Shown: positions 1 to 7,710 of the stretch, one piece after another
Position numbering within the stretch: position 1 is the stretch's first letter
How the letters are laid out: the number at the start of each line of letters is the position of its first letter
DNA from: a virus
Lineage: Duplodnaviria > Caudoviricetes
IMG/VR virus record: IMGVR_UViG_3300049171_000178
Span: 1-42,612 of that record
DNA length: 42,612 bases
Strand: one strand, 5' to 3'
Position numbers and translations under genes: made by a program
Notes under the pieces: generated by a model
Seen by the model: only the letters and a program-made list of their open reading frames with translations
Databases searched by the model: none
Told to the model about the DNA's origin: nothing

Positions 1-246
1 ATGGCCCGACAGGTGGATGCGGTGGTGGAGACCCTGCGCGAGCAGGGTGATGCGGAAGAGGTGCAGGCCTGGCTCGATGAGATGCGCGACGGCTTCGCCG
101 AGAGCGCCGAAGCGGCGGTGGAAGCGATCGATGCGGTCGAGAGCACCGAGAAGTCTGCCCGCCGCAACGCCGAGAACGCCGCTCGGGCAATGGCCGCCAC
201 CCAGGACGCCTTCGCCCGGTATCTGGGCGCCCCGGTCCTGGCATGA
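1..246 (+). CDS. Hypothetical protein, acidic and helical (81 aa)
   Basis: ORF with high-GC codon pattern; ATGA overlap with next ORF. Confidence 0.6.
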   Translation: MARQVDAVVETLREQGDAEEVQAWLDEMRDGFAESAEAAVEAIDAVESTEKSARRNAENAARAMAATQDAFARYLGAPVLA

Positions 247-548
247 ACTGGGAGCACATCTACCGCCCGGCAGCCTGCTCCTCTTGGCCGGTGGAGCTGC
301 TGCGGGTGGTGGGCGCGACCTACCGCAACGCCGCGGGGAGGGGCGCGGAGCAGGTCGAGCGCCTGCGCCTGACCGTGGCCGCCTATGTCGCAGCCGGGGG
401 CGAACCCGCCAGCGCCGACCGTGCCGTGCAGGACATGCTAGCGTCGCTCTCGATGGAGCGAGGCGACTGGCTCTGGGGGGCGGCGCAGGAATTCGCCGAC
501 CGGCAGCGGGCTGTGGCGGCTGAGGCGCCGTTCGAGGAGCGGGAATGA
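243..548 (+). CDS. Hypothetical protein (101 aa)
   Basis: Coupled by ATGA overlaps on both sides. Confidence 0.65.
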   Translation: MNWEHIYRPAACSSWPVELLRVVGATYRNAAGRGAEQVERLRLTVAAYVAAGGEPASADRAVQDMLASLSMERGDWLWGAAQEFADRQRAVAAEAPFEERE

Positions 549-790
549 CCGGCAAGCCCCTGACCCCGGCCGATCCCGCCGACTTCACACAGGCGGTCCA
601 CTACGCCCTGCGCTTCGGCCTGAACGGCAAGCCACTGGGCAAGAAGCTGCGGGAGGACGCGGAATGGATGGCGCAGCACATCACGGCCCACCTGGCGCGC
701 GCCAACTACGTCATAATGCAGGGCCCGCCGCGCCTCCCGCACAGCACCAGCGACTTCTCCCCTAACCCCGGCGGGCTTCGCGAGGAGTAG
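545..790 (+). CDS. Hypothetical protein (81 aa)
   Basis: GAGGAG upstream, ATGA overlap, protein-like composition. Confidence 0.7.
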   Translation: MTGKPLTPADPADFTQAVHYALRFGLNGKPLGKKLREDAEWMAQHITAHLARANYVIMQGPPRLPHSTSDFSPNPGGLREE

Positions 791-798
791 GAGCCACC

Positions 799-990
799 AT
801 GGAGCTTTCCTCTGGGGTCCGTCGGGACATGGAGTTGGCCGCAGCCGTCGCAGCTGCGGCAGAGATACTGAACCACTCGATCGAGGCGGCGGCCGATGCC
901 GGGCTCCTCGTCACGGTCGAGGTCAGCTCGCTGGATATGGGGGAGCCGGTTCGGGTGCCGCGGGTCGTGGTGGCGGTCGATAAGGGGTGA
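799..990 (+). CDS. Hypothetical protein (63 aa)
   Basis: AGGAG ribosome-binding site just upstream of ATG; follows the previous stop by 8 nt. Confidence 0.6.
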   Translation: MELSSGVRRDMELAAAVAAAAEILNHSIEAAADAGLLVTVEVSSLDMGEPVRVPRVVVAVDKG

Positions 991-1145
991 TCCGAACCTA
1001 CGCCCCGAGGGTCGAACGGGGGTGATTACTGAGGACCTAAAATCCCGGTATTCATCTGTTGCGGCGCGAGGGTGCCCGTATCGTGGATGGATGAACGTTC
1101 TGCAGTCTGCACCTCGAACTCGGTCATGGCTGAGGAGGACGTTGG

Positions 1146-1451
1146 ATGACCATGAGCGATGCCCGCCAAGTCGGCTTTTGGCTTCGGCTTTGGCAAGCTC
1201 TGCCTCTGGGTGTGGACTTGCCGCCGAGCACAGCTTCGCCCCTTTGGTACGCAGAAGCAGTGGACGCACCGGGCGGTTTGGAAGCGGTCGGACCGTTATC
1301 GCGGGACGAGGTTATTCATTTGATGTGTGTCGTCTTCGCCTCTCGCTTGCGAAGGGGACTGCCACTGCCCCCACTGCGGACCAAAGATGATCAGCCGCGG
1401 CTTGGACGCAGATGTGTGCTAATCTTCGTGCCGAAAAGCGATTTGCGCTGA
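1146..1451 (+). CDS. Hypothetical protein (101 aa)
   Basis: GAGGAGG upstream of ATG; followed by a GC hairpin. Confidence 0.45.
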   Translation: MTMSDARQVGFWLRLWQALPLGVDLPPSTASPLWYAEAVDAPGGLEAVGPLSRDEVIHLMCVVFASRLRRGLPLPPLRTKDDQPRLGRRCVLIFVPKSDLR

Positions 1452-1471
1452 GCCAAGACAGCTAGTCCGAA

Positions 1472-1497
1472 CCCCCACCCGGAGGGGCGGGTGGGGG
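1472..1497. terminator. GC-rich hairpin, possible terminator or stabiliser
   Basis: CCCCCACCCG-gagggg-CGGGTGGGGG 10-bp perfect stem; no U-tract. Confidence 0.35.
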
Positions 1498-1647
1498 ACA
1501 ATGATCGGAAGTCGCGCGGTACCCGGCGCTGCGGCGCAACATGCTTCGGCGTCTCTTCAGACGCAACTTTAGGTTACGCGGGTAAGCCCCTCGCACGACG
1601 TTGTTATCTTGTTCGAAGAAGATGCGGATAGGCCGAGCCCAGAACGC

Positions 1648-1702
1648 AAAAAAGCCGCCCGGCGGGTTATGAGGAGAGGCCTCACCCGCCGAGCGGCTTT
1701 TT
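1648..1702. terminator. Bidirectional intrinsic terminator
   Basis: AAAAAAGCCGCCCGGCGGGT...ACCCGCCGAGCGGCTTTTT: 19-bp inverted repeat with one mismatch, A/T tracts on both sides. Confidence 0.75.
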
Positions 1703-1799
1703 ATCCGGACTTCCAGGACCAGACGGTGCAGACCCTAGCTCCCGCTCATGAGCAGCGCCAGGGCTACGAGGCGCCCGCGCCCTCTCCTATACCGCCCCC

Positions 1800-2051
1800 A
1801 TGCCTGAACACCCGCTCCGCACCGTGAAGCCCGCGACCGACACCGACGGCTCGACCTACGACTACCGAGGCGCGGTGATCCTCTCCAACAAGCAGGGCAC
1901 GAACCTGACGTTCAGCCTAAAGGGGTTCCCGCACGGGAAGTCCGGCCGATGGAGCGGGATAGGGAACATCGCCGAGATCCGCCGGGTGGTGGATGCGTGG
2001 CTGGATCACGGGCGGCTGCCGGCGCCGTATGTGATGGCGGCCGAACGGTGA
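1800..2051 (+). CDS. Hypothetical protein (83 aa)
   Basis: Protein-like ORF directly upstream of the nuclease gene. Confidence 0.55.
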   Translation: MPEHPLRTVKPATDTDGSTYDYRGAVILSNKQGTNLTFSLKGFPHGKSGRWSGIGNIAEIRRVVDAWLDHGRLPAPYVMAAER

Positions 2052-2095
2052 GCGGCAGCAACGCCATCTTCACCGCGTCGCGCTACACCCTTCCG

Positions 2096-2566
2096 ATGCT
2101 CATCCGCACCCTGGTTCTCCTCCTCGCCCTCGCCTCCCCTGCACTGGCCGAGGAGCTGCGCGGCCGGGTGGTCGGCATCACGGACGGCGACACCCTCACG
2201 CTCCTGACGCCGGAGCGCCGGGAGGTGAAGATCCGCCTAGCCGGGATCGACACCCCCGAAAGCCGGCAGCCATACGGCACGCGCGCCCGGCAGGCGCTGT
2301 CAGACCTCGCCTTCCGACGCGACGTGCGGGTCGATGTGCAGGACACCGATCGCTATGGCCGGACAGTCGGGCGCATCTATGCCGGCCGGGTGGATGTGAA
2401 TGCTGAGATGGTCCGCCGCGGGGCCGCCTGGGTGTACCGGCGCTACAGCCATGACCCGTTGCTGCTGGTGCTGGAGAATGAGGCGAGGCAGGCGCGCCGC
2501 GGCGTGTGGGCGCTGCCGGAGAGCCGGAGGACGCCGCCGTGGGAGTGGCGGCGGGAGGGGCGCTGA
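2096..2566 (+). CDS. Secreted thermonuclease (SNase/micrococcal nuclease family)
   Basis: Signal peptide MLIRTLVLLLALASPALA; motifs DGDT, IRLAGIDTPE, DRYGRTVG, VNAEMVRRGAAW, RRGVW; start moved to ATG 2096. Confidence 0.93.
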   Translation: MLIRTLVLLLALASPALAEELRGRVVGITDGDTLTLLTPERREVKIRLAGIDTPESRQPYGTRARQALSDLAFRRDVRVDVQDTDRYGRTVGRIYAGRVDVNAEMVRRGAAWVYRRYSHDPLLLVLENEARQARRGVWALPESRRTPPWEWRREGR

Positions 2567-2917
2567 AGAAAAGAAGCAGACGGCCAGCGCCCGCGCCGGG
2601 CGCCGACTGGCAGTTCTCTGTGCAAGCGCCACCAATCTGACAGGGATCTAACCTGGGCGTCTGTGAGCCGACACCCCGACGCCAACTTAGCGGGTGGGCT
2701 CGGGGATCAGGGGCGTCTGGCCGGGCACGGATGGGTTTAGCAGGATCGGGCGGGCTGGAAGGCCTAAGTCCTCAGAACGAAGCTTTCCCCCTCTTCCGAC
2801 GTTCATCGGCCGCGGCTATTACGCGCTCGTCATCCCGGGCTTCGGCAGCCGCTATGGAGCATTGCCGAATCGGGATTATAGGGCGTCTACTTTGGTTCGG
2901 CACATGGGAGCTTGGGC

Positions 2918-3073
2918 ATGTCAGGTTATGCGGCAGTCAATGAGGCCCTGCGTATCGCCAAAGGCCAGAACACCCTGCTGCGCGAGGTGGTGGCCGACCT
3001 GAAGAAGAAAAGAGAACAAGAGGCCGCCAGGCCGGCGGAGAACAACAAGACGAAGAAAAAGGTCTACGGCTGA
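2918..3073 (+). CDS. Unannotated 51-aa basic helical peptide upstream of the dGTPase
   Basis: Hand translation MSGYAAVNEALRIAKGQNTLLREVVADLKKKREQEAARPAENNKTKKKVYG; GGGAG 7 nt upstream; stops 3 nt before the dGTPase GTG in the same frame. Confidence 0.65.
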   Translation: MSGYAAVNEALRIAKGQNTLLREVVADLKKKREQEAARPAENNKTKKKVYG

Positions 3074-3076
3074 GCT

Positions 3077-4435
3077 GTGCTCTACCGCGACCGGGATTTC
3101 GCGAGGGAGTTCGAGGAAGGTGCCGGCGCCGCTAATTGGCGCCAGCCGTTCGCCAGGGATTACGGCAGGGTAATCCATAGTGCGAGCTTCCGGCGTCTGC
3201 AGGGGAAGACGCAGGTCTTCCCAGGCCACGAATCCGATTTCTTTCGCAACAGGCTGACGCATTCATTGGAAGTTGCTCAGATTGCGGAAGGCATCGCTGA
3301 GAGGCTCAACTACGTTGATGCTAATCTCAAGGACCTGCCGCGCGAGCAGCAGATCGACCAGAGACTCTGCGCAACAGCGAGTCTGCTGCACGACCTTGGC
3401 CATCCTCCTTTCGGGCACAATGGCGAGCGTGCGCTCGATGATCTGATGCGGCAGCACGGTGGATTTGAAGGGAATGCTCAGACCCTTCGGATCATCGCGC
3501 GTCTGGAAAAAAAGGTGAAAGGTTCCGACGGCTCGCCCCTGGGGCTCGGTCTGACATTTCGCACGTTGGCTGCCGTTCTAAAGTATGATGAACAGATTCC
3601 TCGTTCGCGAAGGCCAAGCGATAAGCTCGCTAAAGGCTATTACTACACCGAGGCAGACCTCGTCCGGCGGATAAAGGAGGCGGTGGCAGGTGTCAGGGAA
3701 TGGAAGCCGCGGGAGTTCAGGACTGTCGAATGCTCAGTTATGGATGTGGCGGACGACATCGCCTACTCCACATTCGACCTTGAAGACTCATTGAAGGCAG
3801 GTTTCCTCACGCCGTCATCCATTTTGTCGTCCAGCGAAAAGCTGCTTCAGGCCGTAGCAGACAAGGTCAAGAAGGAACTTGGCTACACGTTCAGCGCTCG
3901 TGACGTACTGAGGGTGTTCGCTGAAATCTTTGCGCCCGATGAAGACGGCGACATCGACGACTTGTCCGACTTCGGTGAGGTGTATCGGATGCACCGGAAT
4001 ATTGCAGCATCGGGATACCTTCGCACGAAGCTGTCGTCTGAACTTGTAAAGAAGGCCATCAACTCAGCCGATGTTGACTTCAACAGCGCTCATCCGATGC
4101 TATCCACGGTCAGGCTTTCGAAGGAGAGCAGAGAACGAGTGGAGGTTCTCAAACAGTACACCTATGTTGCCACCATCTACTCCTCACGCGTGAGCCTGCC
4201 TGAATATCGAGGATACGAGGTTGTGAAGGGCATCTTCACGGCCCTTGCTGGCGAGAGAGGGTTCTTGCTTATGCCCCAGGATGTCCGTGACCAACACGAG
4301 GCCGCAAAGGGCGATATGGATACTCAGATGCGGGTGGTCTGTGATTTCGTCGCGGGCATGACAGATCGCTATGCGATGGAGTTCTACGGCAGGCTGCACT
4401 CCGATTCGGCGCAGAGCATGTTCAAGCCGGTCTGA
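3077..4435 (+). CDS. dgt: dGTP/dNTP triphosphohydrolase (HD domain, Dgt family)
   Basis: Motifs RDYGRVIHSASFRRLQGKTQVF, RNRLTHSLEVAQI, LLHDLGHPPFGHNGE, FEGNAQ, ADDIAY, DFVAGMTDRYA. Confidence 0.95.
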   Translation: MLYRDRDFAREFEEGAGAANWRQPFARDYGRVIHSASFRRLQGKTQVFPGHESDFFRNRLTHSLEVAQIAEGIAERLNYVDANLKDLPREQQIDQRLCATASLLHDLGHPPFGHNGERALDDLMRQHGGFEGNAQTLRIIARLEKKVKGSDGSPLGLGLTFRTLAAVLKYDEQIPRSRRPSDKLAKGYYYTEADLVRRIKEAVAGVREWKPREFRTVECSVMDVADDIAYSTFDLEDSLKAGFLTPSSILSSSEKLLQAVADKVKKELGYTFSARDVLRVFAEIFAPDEDGDIDDLSDFGEVYRMHRNIAASGYLRTKLSSELVKKAINSADVDFNSAHPMLSTVRLSKESRERVEVLKQYTYVATIYSSRVSLPEYRGYEVVKGIFTALAGERGFLLMPQDVRDQHEAAKGDMDTQMRVVCDFVAGMTDRYAMEFYGRLHSDSAQSMFKPV

Positions 4436-4465
4436 CCGACCGGTTTCGCTAAGCGGTCGCGCCAC

Positions 4466-4561
4466 TCACCGCAACGCCTCCAACGCGGCCTGATAGAGCG
4501 CCCACCGGTCCTCGGCACCGTTCAGCCCTCCGTTGATACGGCCGGCTAGAGCGACGAACTC
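4466..4561 (-). pseudogene. C-terminal relic of a glycoside hydrolase family 19 endolysin
   Basis: Minus-strand translation EFVALAGRINGGLNGAEDRWALYQAALEALR* matches the GH19 endolysin ending (RINGG.NG..DR...Y..A..AL); no start or catalytic half. Confidence 0.75.
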
Positions 4562-4599
4562 ACGGAGCAGGCCCGGCGATCTCGACCCTAACACCCGGT

Positions 4600-5103
4600 T
4601 CAGACCAACACCCGCTCCCCCGCCACAGCCTCTAGCGCGTTCCGCCAGTGGCCCGCCCAGGTAGCAGGGTGGGGCTTCCCTGGCCTCCAGCAGCGGACAT
4701 AGTAATTCCAGCCCTCGTCCGGCTGATCCACCCCAGGCAGCGCCCGCGGATCGGTGAACAGCAGCAGCCGGGCGAAGACGCAGGCGAGGTCGTCGTTGTG
4801 CTCCAGTGCCGGGTGCACCGCCTCCGGCGTGGCCGGCACAAGCAAGGCCTCGCAGGCCGCCAAGGCAGCGGTGCGCGACGCGGCGTGCCGCAGCACCCCG
4901 GTAACGCCCCCGCCCCGTTCGAACTGCCAGAGGCCCATGGCGTGCGCGACCGGCACCTGCCGACGGTGCCTAAACCCGCTCTCCTGGCCAGCAATGGCCA
5001 GAAGCATAACCCGCGCCCGGTCGTCTGACCTGATGCCGAGCGCCTGCATCCAGGCGAGGGCCGGATCCACCGTCAGGGTGAGGAGGAGGGCGGGGGTCAT
5101 CAC
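4600..5103 (-). CDS. Putative endolysin, lysozyme/transglycosylase-like fold
   Basis: LLAIAGQES...GLWQFE motifs (catalytic Glu, GLxQ) and WRPGKPH; last gene of the late operon. Confidence 0.8.
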   Translation of the reverse strand: MMTPALLLTLTVDPALAWMQALGIRSDDRARVMLLAIAGQESGFRHRRQVPVAHAMGLWQFERGGGVTGVLRHAASRTAALAACEALLVPATPEAVHPALEHNDDLACVFARLLLFTDPRALPGVDQPDEGWNYYVRCWRPGKPHPATWAGHWRNALEAVAGERVLV

Positions 5104-6239
5104 CCAGCCCCCAGCAGCCGCCGGACCTTGGCAAGCGCCGCCTCGGCCTCGTCCAGCGCGACCGCGATAGGCCGAAGGTCCACCGCCTCCGGCTCTTCCT
5201 CGGCCGGCTGCTCCGGGACATGCGGCGGCACCTGCTCTGCCGGCTGCCCAGGCTCCGGCTGCGGGGCTGGCGTCCCCTGCCCCGGAACACCCTTCCCGTC
5301 CAGCAGCACGCCTGCCCAGGTGGTCACGAAGGCCTTCACTTCATCAGCCGGGCGCAGCGCGTAGGTGTAGGGCACCTTGAAGTCCGTGGTGTTCTTTCCG
5401 TCCTGCGCCGAAGCTTCGCCCTTCTCGACCTTTCCCCAGGTCGGGTTCTCGATGATGTTGCCCTTCAAATTCCATCGCCCGACCGTCTTGCTGTCCTCGC
5501 TGACGATCGGATCGTGCACGTTTTCGAAGACGTTGTTCTCGATCAGCGCCTCAGCACCTTGGCGGATGTTGCAGCCGCTGGTCTCCACGTTCTTCAGGTA
5601 GTTGTTGTAGAAGTGGCCCTTGCCGCCCCGCAGCAGCGGGCAGCGCGATCCTACCTCGTGGTAGTAGTTATGGTTCCAGGTGATCTCGGTGCTGTCGATA
5701 TCGCTGTCGCTGGAGCCGACTAGCCCAACCTTGTGATGGTCAAAGAACTCGTTGAAGATTATCGCAATCTTCCGGGTGTTGTGCTTCAGGTCGCAGAGCC
5801 CATCGAAGTGATCCTTGTCGACCTGCATGCTGCCGCGGCAGCGATTGTGCAGGATGATGCCCATCTGACAGTTCTTCTCGACGCCGATGGCATCCTTCGG
5901 GCCCTGGTTTACACGCGCAATATAGAGGTTTCCGATCACGAAATCCTCGCAGGCATCCGCCACATGCACGCCGACATCGGTGATTTTGGCCGTGCCGTTA
6001 CCAATGAGGCTCCAGCGGCTTTGCTTCTTGATGTCGATGGCCGATCCTTTGGTGTTGGCGTCCGTGATGTCGCCATCCACGAACCAGACCACCGGCTCGG
6101 GGCTCTTCTCCTTGCTGCGCGCCGCCGCGGCAGCGTTCAGCTCATCGCCGGTTTTGACGACGACAACCTTGCCTCCATGGCCCCCACGGGTGCCGCGCGC
6201 ATAGCCAGCATGGTCGTCGTAGCGGGTGATATCGAGCAC
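5100..6239 (-). CDS. Polysaccharide lyase family 1 (pectate lyase) with Pro/Glu linker and C-terminal helix
   Basis: GYARGTRGGHGG start, KDAIGVE, DGLCD, HHKVGLVGSSD, ITWNHNYY, RCPLLRGG, HFYNNY, IENNVF; GGAG RBS; no signal peptide. Confidence 0.88.
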   Translation of the reverse strand: MLDITRYDDHAGYARGTRGGHGGKVVVVKTGDELNAAAAARSKEKSPEPVVWFVDGDITDANTKGSAIDIKKQSRWSLIGNGTAKITDVGVHVADACEDFVIGNLYIARVNQGPKDAIGVEKNCQMGIILHNRCRGSMQVDKDHFDGLCDLKHNTRKIAIIFNEFFDHHKVGLVGSSDSDIDSTEITWNHNYYHEVGSRCPLLRGGKGHFYNNYLKNVETSGCNIRQGAEALIENNVFENVHDPIVSEDSKTVGRWNLKGNIIENPTWGKVEKGEASAQDGKNTTDFKVPYTYALRPADEVKAFVTTWAGVLLDGKGVPGQGTPAPQPEPGQPAEQVPPHVPEQPAEEEPEAVDLRPIAVALDEAEAALAKVRRLLGAG

Positions 6240-6253
6240 TGGGGGTCTCCTAT

Positions 6254-6655
6254 TCAGCCGTTGTCGATCGGCGCAGGCGCGACGACCTTGGGGGTGGTGA
6301 GTTCGGCGGTAACCTTCGCGACGATCGCGGCCGCCATAGTCCGCAGCGCCGCTTCGTCGGGCGCCAGCTTGGCGATGGTCTCGGGAAGGTGGCTCTTGGC
6401 GTAGGCCACCACGTCCTCAACCACGAGCGCGGGCAGTGCAGACGCTGGCGTGCCGGTCTTCAGCCGCTCGATCGCCTTGCGGCCCATTGCGCCCAGCACG
6501 AGTTCCATGTCGCGCTGGTGCGTACCGCTGGACAGCCAGGCGCGCAGCGGGCCGGGCAGCAGGGTCACGATGTATGCCCCGCCCGCGCTGATGAGCGCGA
6601 ACAGCAATGGGCCAATGATCTGCGTCACCGCAGCCTCGATGAGACTGTTGAGCAT
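6254..6655 (-). CDS. Putative holin
   Basis: N-terminal hydrophobic segment IIGPLLFALISAGGAYIVTLL; GGAG RBS; position in the lysis cassette. Confidence 0.6.
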   Translation of the reverse strand: MLNSLIEAAVTQIIGPLLFALISAGGAYIVTLLPGPLRAWLSSGTHQRDMELVLGAMGRKAIERLKTGTPASALPALVVEDVVAYAKSHLPETIAKLAPDEAALRTMAAAIVAKVTAELTTPKVVAPAPIDNG

Positions 6656-6772
6656 GCTTATTCTCCAAATTGTCAGGGGTGCCCGGGTGCCGCCGGGCAG
6701 CGGTTAACACATGTGAATGCTACCTCCGGTTGTGCCTGCCCAACTTGACGCAAGCAGACTTGGAGCAGCGGA

Positions 6773-6976
6773 ATGCAATCACTGCCTGAGGGCAGCGCTC
6801 GCATCGTCATGGTCGAGCCCATTCTGGACCCGCTTCGATCCCGAACCGTGGTCTTCGTGCACTACGAGACTGTCCAAGGAGAACGATCCGTCGTGGTGTC
6901 CCCGGAACGTGCTGAGGCCCTTGGCCTCTACGAAGCGCATAGGGGACAAAGGACTGTAGCTGTCCCCCCGGACTGA
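6773..6976 (+). CDS. Small antisense-oriented hypothetical protein (67 aa, moron)
   Basis: GGAG RBS; fills the gap between two minus-strand late genes; short hairpin at 6977-6989. Confidence 0.5.
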   Translation: MQSLPEGSARIVMVEPILDPLRSRTVVFVHYETVQGERSVVVSPERAEALGLYEAHRGQRTVAVPPD

Positions 6977-6992
6977 GCCGCCGGGCGGCGGG

Positions 6993-7673
6993 TCAGGTCT
7001 CGCGCTCAGCCGGAATGAACACGGCCGGCGTGTCCTCGTCTGTGCCGTTGCGCGGTAGTGGTCCGGATAACCGGTTCTCCAGCCGCTCCTGGCGCCGCAG
7101 GATCTCTTCGACCCGCGGCAATAGTCCGGCGATGGTCTGGGCAAGCTGGGCGATGCGCTCGGTGCCGGCTTGGTCGGCCTGGGCCAGAACCCGCACCTGA
7201 TCCTGTAGCGCCTGCTGCTGCTGGTCCCGGATGCGGGTGGCCGTCGCCATTGCGGTATCGGTCTGCACGATCTTAGCCTCGGCAGCCTGCAGTCGGTTAC
7301 TGGCAGCAGTAAGTGCGGCAGTAGCCTCGACGCGGTTCCGCTCCAGCAAGTCCAGCCGCGAGTTAACCGGCGTAATCGCGAGGTTCCAGATGATGCCGAG
7401 GATGGTGAGGCCCGCCACGACCACACCACCCACGGCGCCGACGATCTTCAGCCACACGGGCACATCGCTGATTGCAGCCGCCGCGGCAGGCTGACGCGCC
7501 GCCAGGTGCTCAACGGCTATGCGCTGCTGCTGGTAGCCCTTCACGTCGTGGGCCTGCTGTTTGGCGGCGGCCGTGTCCTTGGCGAGTTCAGTGACCTGCG
7601 CCGTGAGCTGCTGGATCGCTGCCGCGATGTCTATCTCAGCCTTGGGCGCCGCGGCGCCGCCCCTTAGAGGCAT
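6993..7673 (-). CDS. Single-pass membrane coiled-coil protein, possible lysis accessory
   Basis: Central TM segment WLKIVGAVGGVVVAGLTILGIIWNLAI flanked by heptad-like Q/A/L-rich helices; GAGGGG RBS. Confidence 0.7.
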   Translation of the reverse strand: MPLRGGAAAPKAEIDIAAAIQQLTAQVTELAKDTAAAKQQAHDVKGYQQQRIAVEHLAARQPAAAAAISDVPVWLKIVGAVGGVVVAGLTILGIIWNLAITPVNSRLDLLERNRVEATAALTAASNRLQAAEAKIVQTDTAMATATRIRDQQQQALQDQVRVLAQADQAGTERIAQLAQTIAGLLPRVEEILRRQERLENRLSGPLPRNGTDEDTPAVFIPAERET

Positions 7674-7710
7674 CTAACCCCTCCCCCTCTGCGGCACGAT
7701 CAGGCTCCGG

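Noticed and set aside
1600-1614. GTTG-N7-GTTC resembling an alphaproteobacterial LexA box
   Set aside because: Mismatch in one half-site, and it lies upstream of a strong terminator rather than a clear gene
2694-3002. Track ORFs 2694-3002 and 2731-2943 upstream of dgt
   Set aside because: Poor composition and RBS; the 2918-3073 ORF fits better
6779-7429. Alternate-frame ORF nested in the 226-aa membrane gene as a possible Rz1-like lipoprotein
   Set aside because: No convincing signal peptide or lipobox before its cysteines
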